Part shown: piece by piece, positions 47,901 through 60,419 of the stretch
How the letters are laid out: each line of letters begins with the position of its first letter
How positions within the stretch are numbered: the first letter of the stretch is position 1
From: Antedon mediterranea
Lineage: Eukaryota; Animalia; Echinodermata
Direction: 5' to 3'
NCBI RefSeq assembly: GCF_964355755.1
Contig: NC_092674.1
Location: 11,718,001-11,782,000 of the forward strand
Length of the DNA: 64,000 bases
Made by a program: the position numbers and the translations under genes
The notes under the pieces: model-generated
Database searches by the model: none
The model's input: the letters and a program-made list of their open reading frames with translations, nothing else
Told to the model about the DNA's origin: nothing

Positions 47901-48183
47901 AGGTTCATTTTTATAATCTGTAAAAGATTGATATTGTTACATAAAATGATAATAACTTGTTGGTTGCCAGGCTAACGTATCCAGGAAATAGACCAACGTC
48001 GTCATCATCATTCGCCCTGAATGTGATTGGTTGTCTTGATGTTGGATTCTAAACGTCACGTGTTGGTATTGGCGTTGTATTTCTAATTGTTCGTTTGATA
48101 GTGGTGTTACCAAATTTGAAGATGAGCACGAAAGTTAACACGGAGGAGTAAATAATTGTCAGCCAGAATGCCTTTGAAATATT
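44943..48183 (-). pseudogene. ST6GALNAC: sialyltransferase copy B (ST6GalNAc III-VI-like) pseudogene; exons 47956-48183, 46910-47338, 46219-46326, 44943-45486
   Basis: Same exon structure as copy A, but with an in-frame TAG (48049-48051), two donors reading TT instead of GT, a +1 frameshift in an A run (about 47097-47104) and YGM changed to YWM in sialylmotif S. Confidence 0.85.
47434..47814. mobile_element. Tc1/mariner(pogo)-type MITE
   Basis: CAGTAGAGCCCCT ... AGGGATTCTACTG|TA imperfect TIRs. Confidence 0.55.
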
Positions 48184-48282
48184 CTAGTAGTAAAATAGAG
48201 AGACAACTTTATTTACGATTTTGTTTGACCTATAACAACATTACATAACAACTGTCCCTATATTACTAATAGTAGTAGTAAT

Positions 48283-48771
48283 AGGGAGGTTTTGCAATCT
48301 TACGAATACAATAACGAAAACGGATACGTCACGCACACGTATTCGTTTTTGTAAGCCAGTAAAAATCTGTTTCGCATGGCAAAGAACTATTGAGGGCGCC
48401 GTCCAAAATATGACTGCGGTAAATTTGAGCGAAGCGCAGGTACGTGTTGCTTGGTGCTTGGCTGCCTAGGCCTAGCGTAACATCAAAGCGAGTGAGGACT
48501 TTAAAAACTATGAAAATTGACCTGGCATTTTAGTAAATTACTTTCAGTAAAAGTATAATTATATTATAATCATGAATCATTCCTGAATCAAATGCAAAAT
48601 GTGCAAAATACATCAAAAACTATACTCATTTTGTAGTTACGAATATGACTGGTGATATTCGTCAACACGAATACGCTTAAAGAATATGAAATGGGGATCA
48701 GCTCAAAAGTTTCACAAATTTGTGACGTATCCGTTTTCGTTATCGTATTCGTAAGGTTGCGAAACCTCCCT
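48283..48771. mobile_element. MITE with ~50-bp TIRs (PIF/Harbinger-like)
   Basis: AGGGAGGTTTTGCAATCTTACGAATAC...GTATTCGTAAGGTTGCGAAACCTCCCT, flanked by AAT/AAT. Confidence 0.8.
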
Positions 48772-49549
48772 AATAACAACTGGTGGAGATACGTTTTACA
48801 TAATGGTAACGGTATCGGTAAAAAAGAAAAACATATTTCAGAGTTAAAACGTAAAGCCTACAGTTTTCCATATAATCGCCACGATTTCACAAATTGCTCT
48901 ATAAGTGTTAGCGTCGCCGACGCCGATTTGCCGCAGACAAAAAAAATCAACAAAGCTGTATGGTAATTAGATACACAATGATATCTATGCATTATATAAT
49001 AAATCCAATAGTTCGAATGTCGATCATGTAGGCCAAAATTGTAAGTATCTACAACTCATTAGCTCTCATTTATTCTAAAAAGTATTATCCTTGTTTTTTG
49101 TTGTTTTACAAATTTTTTCAACATTAGCTCAATATTTTAAATTTGCAGTGAATAGAATTTATTGCATAGGGTATTAAAAAATCACACCGAAATTACACTG
49201 AGCTGTTGTATAGCTTTGTAGTTCATAATTATTTTCCATAAGAGATTTCTTTACAGTTCTTTTTTTTTCTTGCAACATGTGAAAATTATAGTTGCATAGG
49301 ACAACTCCGTCATTATGACTGATAATACTTCTCCCAATGAAGTGGTTCACTACTTGGGGGTCAAAGCAAACATACTTAATTGTATTTTAATGTCAGCATA
49401 CGTTGTGTGCCAGATAACATTATTTTATTCCACCTTATCATCACTTAAAAGAGTTATCAAATAGACGAATATAACACGAGCTAATAACATAGTACTGTAA
49501 TTCATATGGAAGTATTTCTAACGCATATTTTTTTTTTCAATGTAAAAGA

Positions 49550-51250
49550 CATTTATTTACGTCCAAAAGACAAAAAAAAAAAAAAAAAAACAGTAATGAC
49601 AGATTGAGATTGTAGGAAAAATAGACGAAGGCGGGATCCCAAAAAATATGAAAATCTTGATTGCCTTGACAAATTAATAATTGATAATATGAAAAATATA
49701 AATAATAAATAAATTAAAAATAATGATATTTAAAAATAAAAACTGTTATACCAGTAGATAAAACTTTAAAAAATAAAGTAAATCTGATGAGCTGCTGATA
49801 GGAGGGCATAACGAATAAGATGACGAAATTAATCAATTAATCTAGCTAGTCACGAAACATGAAACAACGACCATATCGAACACAGCGATTTAGTAACGTG
49901 ACCAAAAGTGGTTTTTAAATTTTCTTGGAGAATGAGTAGTGGGTGGTAGTACAAGAAATTGAAGGGGGTAAATTGTTATACATGATTGGCCCAGAATATC
50001 TAATACTATGTTGAAAATAGTTGGTTTTGTGGTTGAAAATATAAATGTTATTTATTTTTTTAATGTCATATTTATGAACGATATTATTCGGAGCGAAGAG
50101 GTCGTTAAGATGGCATGGGACAATAGACGGGGTAGCCGAAAAAACAAAAACACCTTTCCGGGAATGTCCGTAAGTTTGTAAAATAAATGGGAGGAATGTG
50201 TCAGTGGATGAGCGCCAGTTATAGTCCTGATGGCTTTTTTGTAGAATAGAGAGTTTATTGATGTTTGTTGGGTAAGTGTTGGCCCAGACAAAATTACCAT
50301 AGCTCATTTAAGAAAGAATGAGAGTTCTATATTGGGTTTTGAGAATACTAATTGGATTCTTGGACACTTTGTTGTCAGTTTCTTGGATATGGGGTGTCAA
50401 TGGTAACGCCAAGAAATGTAATAGTCTTTACAGAGGGGATTTCATGATTATCAATAAAGATAAAGAAGTGGGGACACATCAATACCTTAATACCTCAGTC
50501 AACTGTGGGGTTCCAATGATGTAGCTAAATTTTTTTGATTGAGGTTGAGCTAGTTTGTCAGCAGCAAAGTATTGGGACAAGGGGATAACGTTGGTATTAA
50601 AGGTGTAAAAAAGAATATTTTTGATGGCATAACAAGCTGTAGTGTCATCAGCATAAAGGAACATATTTAGAAAGTTTGAGGTACGGTGGACAACATTAAT
50701 GTAAAGTGTGAACAGCTCAGGAGAGGGCCAAGTAAAGGAGCCCTGGGAGACGTCAACAATTGGAAATAGAGTTCAAATACTTAGTGCATTGGGAGCGAGA
50801 AGTGAGATAGCCTTAAAACGTTTAATGCGGGCCCTCGGATTCCATAATGAGAACATTTAAACATTAGAATAATTATTAAGGTCAATGGTGTCAAAAGCCT
50901 TGGAAAGATCGACGAAAATTACGATTCCAAATTGATGAATTTTGAATGCATGAATAATATTGCTAGTAAGATTGGTCAGCGCCATGAATGTGTTATGTCC
51001 TTTTCTAAAGCCATATTGCCTCTTGAAGAGAATGTTTGTTGATTAATGAAAATGTATCATAAATCTATAATAAAAAAGGCGTTCGAGAATATTGACAGGA
51101 TGGAAATAGGACCGTAGGGCAATATTTGTAAAGGGTAACGCGCGCCATCTTGAACTTATTTGAAAAACATCTTTGCAGAGGATTTTGATAGCGAAGTTAA
51201 GTTTATTACGGTAGGCTTATATTTAATTTCATTGGCAGGAGAAGGGCGGT
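49550..51250 (-). mobile_element. degenerate L2/Crack-group LINE
   Basis: FVDLSKAFDTID, FLYADDTT, YGNFVWANTY and SGPIMYNNLP fragments. Confidence 0.85.
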
Positions 51251-52137
51251 AAAGAAACTGATTTGAATTGGGTCGAAAGATAATTAAAACACGTCGAATC
51301 AATTCAGAAAATAACACTATTATTGCTGTCGACAATTCGTGATTTATTGAATACAAAACAACCTCAAAGTCATTCTTTTAGAGTTATTGTGGTCTATTGG
51401 ATTTACATTGTGGTTTTGCTTTGGACGTAGAACAAAGACCGAATCGATATGTTTTGAACAGATTTTTGGAAGGACCAATATAACTTACAAAGACACAAGA
51501 AACTCTGTCGAACAAGTACACACTTCACATAATTTGAACTTTCCTGTACATAAATGTAAATTTGTAAACTTCTAACTATATTCTTTGTAGACAACATATT
51601 ATAAAGATTATGACGTTATTTTGAATCTTAAAAGCATATTGTATGACCAATTCATTAACAATAATAATGATAACATTTAATAAGTAGCCTAAATTATATG
51701 CAGTTTTTCGAAACTTTTATTTAAACCGACAATCACGATTTATTTCAATTCAATTGCCTAACATTACCCTGCCCTCCTTACTCAATATTTGGTAATACAG
51801 AATTTCATATTATATGTATCACATGTGGTGCCTGAATCAACTCCCATAATATTTTCACCAAGCAAAATAAAGTTTAGGTTATGGAATATAATAATTTGAG
51901 ATACATATTACTATGAGACTAAACAAATCTAGATACAGTACCGATAATCATGTGCACTTCATGTTAACGATCGATTAATGTTGTAATGACCCCAATGCTA
52001 CCTTGTGGTACGTACGCCTGCGCTAGTATTGCAAACCTAGGATAAATCTACGTGTTTAAACATAACATTGGTACGTATACTTCCTGTAGGCTAGGCCTAT
52101 TACAGTTCATAAATAACTTAAGTCTTAGTATACTTAC

Positions 52138-52164
52138 GGAATGTAAACGCCCATAGCAACTCAT
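52138..52164 (-). CDS. candidate first coding exon of the sialyltransferase (MSCYGRLHS)
   Basis: ATG, 9 codons, phase-0 strong donor GTAAGT compatible with the phase-0 TM exons; no homology support. Confidence 0.4.
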
Positions 52165-52392
52165 TTAGGGTATTTCGTATTGTGTTAGACGGCGGCAATG
52201 CAATGATGCTTCTTGCTTTCGTCGGTAGCATAAAAGGCCATGGAGAAAAAGAATATGGTATTTCTTCAGTCAAGTTATATATTATTATACGTTGAAGAAC
52301 ACAGATCTACTTACGCAATGTTGAATTGAACTTTACGAAGTCATCATTCGTGCTGTGCCGTATCATTATGTAAACAGATAAAGTTATAGATA

Positions 52393-54515
52393 CTAGATGG
52401 TACGCTCGCTTCGCTCGCGTACCATCTAGGTCGTTCCCACAGATGGGTCTCGAATACATAATAATTTCAGCGTTAAAAAACTGGAGATTTCAAATGTACG
52501 TACCGCAGAATAATACATGTCGTTTACAGCCTACAGGAACGAATAAATAGACACTGTGATTTATGTACTCAACTAAAATTAGCACCATGGGAATTACTTC
52601 CGAAAGAGAAACTTGTCACAAAATGAGACCAATTGTTTAAGACAAATTTAAACAAACTTAAATTTGTGTTTTGTATGTAACATTAGGGTTGAGGGATGGA
52701 GAAGAGGAGGGATGGGGAAGAGGATGGGTGCAAAGAAGAACAATTTTTAAATATTATTCTTTATCCATTTAGTAACGAAATATTAATTGAACTTATTCAA
52801 CCTTATGTTCCTAAGCAGTCTCTGAGATCTAGATCTGAGTCTCTTCTTGCCCATATATTTCATCCTTCCACTAAGTTTTATGGAAATCGTTCATTTTCTT
52901 CGGCATCCGTTTCTCTATGGAATGCGTTGCCTATTGAAATCCGTCAGTCTACTTCCACCAGTGTCTTCAAATCTCTCCTCAAAACCCACTTTTTAATTTG
53001 TAAATTTCTAAATTGTTCTGTCTTTGTAAAGCGCATTGAGGCTTTCAGCATAATGCGATATATCAAGTACCAGTTATTATTATTATTATTGTTTTCATGT
53101 TTTACAAATAATATAGGCCTACCACTAAACACAGTCAAACATTGCGATGTAATACTTTGTTGAAACTATCACCGTCCTAGTCGATTGAAATAGTACAGTA
53201 CATGTAACGATACATCACTACGACGTGTATATGTTTATATAATGTAAAACAATTTGTGAAAACCACCTCTATTCGGAGAAAATCATAAATTCGATTTAAT
53301 CGTCAATAAATATTAAATTATCTAACTCAACTTAATTAGTAGGCCTAATGGTTTTCAATTGTTTCTTAGAGCCAATTCATACTTAAGTTGGTTCCTACCC
53401 TACCCACCAAAGTTGTTCTGCGTTTAGGGCATGTGATGTACCGTAGGCCTATCCTCTACTGGTTTTACAACGCTACTCATGCCAGTGAGGGAAGGGTGAT
53501 GATGTGGGTGGTTTAACTGCAATAATAAAGATTTATACATAGTATACGGCGAGTGAAAACGCTAGCTCTTTATCCGTTAAAAAAAATGTATATCCAACCT
53601 CTGCAGCACAGATTGAAAAAAAAAATGGATCGAATTTCTGTTATGAGTATACAGTACTTGCCTTTACGACGCCTGAGGGAATAGACACTTGTGGAACAGA
53701 GATGGGAATATTCCATTCATCGCAAATCAATACATTTGTAAAAACGTACGACGTTTATATATTTTTAAATTATTAATTAATACAAACGTTGAGAAGCAAC
53801 TGTCAGTAATAACGTTTATTTATTTGTATATTATATGTTTATAATCTAACAGTAGGGCCTACCCACACTCACAGTAATAAAGTTTATTTGTATATTTGTT
53901 TATATCATATCTAACAGTACCAAGACTCACAGTAAGAAATTTGCGATTCAAATAGCGATCAAAAGTGGTTAATACCTTAACAGTATTGTACAGCATTGCA
54001 ATACTATTTATGTTTATTCTCCAAGGGGGCCCATGGTTAAACCAAATAATTTGGAATGTTCCATTCATCACAAATCGATACATTTGTAAAAACGTATATT
54101 ACATGTATCAAAATAGCATTTTTTAAAGAAAATCGGCCTGTCTTCAACATTATGATGCTGTACTCGAACTGTTCAACCGGTTTTCAGCTATTAAAAACAA
54201 TTATCGTAGGAGGAGATAGGAAAATGCGAAGTGTCCTCGTTTTATTGTGTGCGGGTATTCTTCTAATTGGACATCCATTAGACAGTGTATACCACGATCG
54301 GAAAACACCCCTATTTGGGGCAAATCGTTGAACCTAAATTCGTTTTAATCGTCAATAACTAATTATCGAATTCAATTTAATTAGTAAACAGGGTTACATC
54401 AGGTGGTTAAAATCAGTACCGAAAGTACGAACCAACTTTACATACCATCGAGTAAACATTCTAGAAATAACGCGTGATTTACCGAATTTTGCCCTTACGT
54501 AAATTTATATATAGA
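52393..54515 (-). mobile_element. non-autonomous Helitron family 2, both termini intact
   Basis: A|TCTATATATAAAT start, perfect hairpin plus CTAG|T end. Confidence 0.9.
52780..53090 (+). mobile_element. L2 LINE 3' fragment inside the Helitron
   Basis: YGNRSFS...LWNALP...FKSLLKTH, AAGCGCATTGAG stem-loop and (TTA)n tail. Confidence 0.85.
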
Positions 54516-55959
54516 TACAGTTTATATAAAACAAACATATTTAAGCCAGTATTAAACTACAATATGTATTCTGTGTTGTTACGCCTGTTATTAGATCAAG
54601 CTATTACATTCAATTAAATATAAAGCAGAAAATAGTTATCCTTTTTTGATTTTCGTCGAATAGATCGAAGCGGAAGTGCTTCGGTCATGGTCCGCAAATT
54701 ATATGATACGCCTTGTGTGCCAAAATGTTTTTACTGCTTTTAGTTGAATCCCCGCGTGTACAGTTAAAACCAATAGATTGTGCTGCAGTGCAGATTGTCT
54801 GTACAGTAATGTGGGCTGTCTGCTTGGGGGTCTGTCTATCAAGGTACAACATTTCAACGAAGCCAATTTAATATTTTCATTCTGTTTTAATATCTGTAGA
54901 ATGCGTTGTCATTTATTCTGAAGCTTATACTGTAGGGCTATATACCGTAATCAGGCGGTATTATTAAGGCTAGCTCACGTACAGCAGAATTCACGTAGAA
55001 TTATGTGGTGTTGTTGCTTGATTGTAAATTGCCCAGATTCTTCATTAGAAAAGAACTGATCAATTTGAATTGAATTAAGGTTAATTCTAGAACTGATATA
55101 AGGAGTCTTTAGAACAGATATTAAGATGTCCTCTATAAACGGAGTCCTCACAAACTCATATAAGAGGTCCTCTTGTAAAATCAGGTTCTCGTCGAATTTA
55201 TTTTAGATAAGTAACTATATTATCATGGATTTCGTACCCCCCATTCCATCGATAGCTTTTTTTTTCTCTTTTGTGGCGCAAACACCACTTTTATCCACAT
55301 TAATAATATTATTATCTCATATCATTACATAAAATCATATTACTTAACACATTTGTTAATTCCCAATGTCGTTACAATTCATTAGTAACATTTTTACATT
55401 TATGAATTCCGTATTGCCTCCTATTTTCATTAATGTTCTTCGTTTTAAAATATTTTACACATAAAGAATATGTGAGATTTTCAATTGTTTGTTTTAATTT
55501 TACAACCCGGATTATACAATGTATTTATACAAGATAAAACGAATTAAATCAGATCAGCACCACCTGTAACTCGTATCACAGTGAATTCTTTTCTGATAAT
55601 CGAGCAAATTAGAATTTATATTAACATAATAGTATTTCTTAAAGCTACCCATTTTTCTATACTTGTTTCTTTATTTTTATATCTTTTACATTCAATGTTA
55701 AGCTTATTGCTTTCCCTTTGAATGAATTCCATAAAGATTTACCCACTGGCTTATTTAATGCTGATTTATTCTATAAATAGTGAAGGCTGCAAATGTGTAA
55801 ATATAGGCCTAATCTACTATTCCATCGATATAGCTAATTAAATTACTGTATGTCAATAAATAAAAAATATTAACTTACAGTAGCATCCCATTCTCATCAC
55901 CCCACAAAGTATAAAAGTGCATGCATGTTCCATATTATGTACGACGTATGAATTGATGG

Positions 55960-56620
55960 AACGAACAATCGAGATGAAAATAACGCATGCAATCTCCATT
56001 GCAAAATTAGGTTCCATTTAAGTATAAATTCTAATATTCCCGACCTCAAAATAATTAGTGTTATAACTTCCTAGAATTTCGTCCACCCCTCCGAACATGT
56101 TTTCAACATCGTATGAACAAACAAGGTGACCGACTTCATTGCAAAATTAGGTTCCATTGCATTATTGCGAATTTAAGGTTGTTTCCGACTTCGAAGTAAT
56201 ACTTACTTAGAATTTCGCTCACCACCCCATTCCCATCCAAACTTGTTTCCCACATCGTAATATGAACAAACGAGATGACGACTTTATTGCAAAATTACGT
56301 TCAATTATTTGCGTATTCACGTTGTGTTCCAAACCTTAAAATAACTGTATCATGTATTTAGCTTGCTTAGAATTTCGCTCACCACATTCCCATCCAAACT
56401 GTTTCTCACATCGATATGAACAAATGAGATGACAACTTCATTGCACAATTATGATCCATTATTGCGAATTTATGTTCAAATGTTTCCGACATCAAGGTAA
56501 AAAGTACCAGCTGAATAAAATATCTAACATATTGCAAAATTAGTCTCTATATTATTGGGAATGTTTCCGACATCAAATATTGTTCAAACTTGATGAAAAT
56601 GCTGAACTAATTAGGTACCA
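55960..56620. repeat. ~125-bp degenerate tandem repeat
   Basis: ttagaatttcgctcaccac...tatgaacaaacgagatgacgactttattgcaaaatta units. Confidence 0.75.
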
Positions 56621-56724
56621 TTATTTATTTATTGTGATATGCATGTTCAACTGTTACATTCTATTACGGTACGTGACATGAAAAGATTGATAACAAAAGA
56701 GAACAAGGCAATATCTCATCTTTT

Positions 56725-56797
56725 AACATTTAGATAATGGAACCAAATTTTGCAATAAAGACTTTATTGCAAAATTTGGTTCCATTATCTAAATGTT
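56725..56797. repeat. perfect 73-bp palindrome
   Basis: 36-bp arms with a 1-nt spacer at 56761. Confidence 0.95.
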
Positions 56798-59700
56798 TCC
56801 GACCTTATGAGTTATTGTTTTGATAAAACAATTTGATGAATTTCCCCTCGACTACCTTTAGGCCTACCATCCATTATTTATTTATTATAGGTCACACACA
56901 CATGTGTAACAAATGAGATGATGAAATTATAACGAATATCCAACTAACAATTTGCGACTTAGGTTCGCCATAGTATTGCAAATTTATGTTTTAATGTTTC
57001 AGACATCAAAGGAAATATAGTGTTATACTGTAGGTATAATAAGTGACAAAAATGTGATCATGTAACTAATATTTTTAAAGAACTTATAAATAAAAAACAT
57101 AGGCCTAAATAACATTGGTCATATACATTTAAAAAAACGGAATTGATTAAATAGTAAGCAATGTTAAACAAAAAAATATATATAATAATCAGTAAAATAA
57201 CAGGATACATTCATATTCAACAAATAATCATTTTAATTTGAAAACATAAACATAGAAATTCATAAAACCGAACAAAATAATAACGGGAATCATGTACCGA
57301 CGAAAGGAACGTCAAATCAAAATATTACTAGAAAATAATGCAGCAATAGCGTCCCATAACTCAAACACTAAACGCTTTAGCGCCAAAGGCAAATTGTCCC
57401 AGACCATGTCCGCATAACATGCAGACGTGACTTCAGACACTTTCCTTTGGCGCTAAAACGAGTAGTCTTCTTTTCCAGCTGCTTAGAAAGGGGTCGGTAG
57501 GCTTCCCATCATGCATTTCAAGTTTTCTAGATTTTTCGATGAACAGTGCCTTTCGTTTTTTACACTAAAATAGTAAATTTTCGTCGTATGTTTCAGTTAT
57601 AATGGTTTAATTTCATACAATGAGTAAAGGTTATTAGGTTAGAAATACTCCGGTTAATAATTTTCAGTTTGTGTTTATTTGGAAATAAGTAATATCAATA
57701 TTTATAACACGATTAGCTCGCCAGAAACGTGCTGCCAAATTAAGTGACCTAGCCTTGTGCGATACAGGCCATGCGAACCTCATTTGGCAATGTCACTTCA
57801 TTTGGCGTTACAGGGCTAACAATATTAAACATAACATTCCATTAAAACGTATAGTTTTTAACTCCCGAACCTCCCAACACTCCTGAAAAAGGAAATCTCG
57901 ATAGAGCCTATAAACATTTATAATTTCTACTACTCTTGATAGAGAACAGAAAACATACAAATAGTGATCTGTAAGATGTTTATAATCAATGCGTTGTTTA
58001 ATAATTGAAATGAGTTGGCGCCACAATGCCCGCCTTGGTAATATATTATATAATTATATATTATATAATATTTATAGATTTCTTTTAATAGCGCCCTCCT
58101 AGTTTAATATTGTTTTGTATAGCGCCCTCTTTAGTTTGGATAAGCTTTCATACAAAACCTCCCGATATTTTATTTTCCGATTTGGTCTGTTACGTTTAAA
58201 TGTTGGTAAAACGTTTGTTTAAATTGTCCATGTGCAAGCAATCGTCCCATTTAACAATTACCGGGGGTTACCTTGGTAAAATGTACTTGAACTAAACAAA
58301 GATTAATGCATGAAAAAAGAAAGTAAAATAAAAGTAAAGTTTAATTAAGTTAGATTGGTATACACATAATTGTGCTATTGCTAAATAATATTTCGAAATA
58401 AAAATTAGATGTATAGAATTAAGATACACCTTGAGAAATGTTAAGCTATTAATTTTATGATATGTTTAAAAAAAAATAAAAAAAGGTGATTAATGAAGTA
58501 ATAATACACCTGAAGAGTAAGCAATGAATTTAAAAAAATTATAATTAAAAAAATAAAATAAATACTAATAAAAAGTGTAGAGACAGATTTTTGAAACAAA
58601 AAATATATAAAATTGTTATTATTATTAAGTAATGTTGTAAGATTATAAAATATAAATAAAGAAAATTTAGTTTTTGAGTTTTAGTTAGATGCTAGTAGCA
58701 TACTAGCCGAATTTTATATATTATAAGGGAATTTTACAATTTTAATGCTGTTTTCTTCCTCAATATTTTATCTATTGTGTCAGGTATACACTACACAGCA
58801 CACTGCAATTAAAAAAACAAACTTCAAAATATTTCTTCACATTGAGTTTTAATAATACAAAAATCCAATTCTTTCCTTAATAGTAACTATACATAGATTT
58901 AATTAAGATTTTAAATAATAATGTACACCAAGAATGATTTGTCGACTTCCCACATGTCTGAAATCTAAGCATATTATTGCTAACCCCCTATCACAGTCTA
59001 ATACTATTTGTCTCGATTCCACTGCGTATTACCAGGTAAGAGTGAAATATCTTCCTTGGTAGGCCGATTACACAGTTAGCAAATAATATAAATATTATGA
59101 AGTATTATAGTCCAAGCTATTTTTTAAACGTTTAACAACTAAACTTGTTTTTAATTAATTAATTAATTGTTATTAATTGTTTAAAAGTCTCAAATAATAA
59201 GTAGGCACAATATTATTATTTTCAATGGCTAAATTGTTACAAAGTAATAATGATACAAATAAAACGAAAGTATTTTTACAAACTTGAGCCTGATGATTTT
59301 GAGTAAGATAAGTCGAATTGGTTAATTTTCTATAAGTGAGGGAGACATTGTGTTACACCAGATCATACAATTACTAATCAGGAAAATGAATATGTTTGCA
59401 CCCCTGACCCAAGGGGCATGTTAGGCTGACATTATTTAAACAAAAATAGAAATATCACAAACATTCTAACCACTTTTCAATACATTCCGAGTTAGTCCTC
59501 GAAACTCTATATGACTGATCATATACTTTATAATTATGGTACTAAGATATTACATGTTGTGCAATTAATACGTTTCTCTTAGAATTTTGTGCAATTTGTA
59601 CATTTGTTTTAACATTTTGATTTTTCTTAGTAATAAAGTTTGATTGAAATCAGCCCAATCGTTATAATGAGAAGACTTTTACTCCAATGATCAATCACTA

Positions 59701-60419
59701 ACCCTTATCATTTAAAATTCTCACAAAATATGATCTTGGTTAACATCACTGTGGAAATGATAATGCTATTACCATGGTATTATGTTATCAAGTCAATTAT
59801 AACTACTACCGAACTCTTTTGAGATGATCTAGGTGAAGCAATTCCGTTTTCGATTTTTTTTCTTTGATTACTATAATTATTTCAATCTTTTAGAATAAAC
59901 CAAATCACTTAACATACTTGTTGTTATATTTTTAGTATCAGTTCATTGATGATTGAAACAAGAATAAATAATATGCATTATGAACAAGATAACATTTTAA
60001 CATTACAATTAACATTGTCATTTATATAGCGTCTTTATAATGATCAAAGACCTTTACAATAACCGATCATCTGGTGTATATTATTTATAGGAAAACAGTG
60101 TGTTTTTAATTTTTTTGTTAAATGTGTCACTGTGTCACTGTGTCACTAGTAAGAGTAAGATTATTCCACATGTTAGGGCCTAGATTTGAAAACAAACATA
60201 AAGTTTAGAAACACACCTAAGACCAGTACGTTTACAATATTGCACTTACTGACTAGCTCACATATTAGACAGGCGCAAGGCCATTTACCACAATTATAAA
60301 TTAAACCAAAAGTTTACTCTTTGCAAAACTGGCAACCAATGTAATTCCTTCAAAAGGGGACTACTGTAGTATGAGTACTCCATGGTACACCGAATACAAA
60401 TCTTGCAGAACGATTTTGA

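Noticed and set aside
57376-57457. 14-bp inverted repeat TTTAGCGCCAAAGG/CCTTTGGCGCTAAA
   Set aside because: Real but short, with no TSD or second copy, so no function can be argued.
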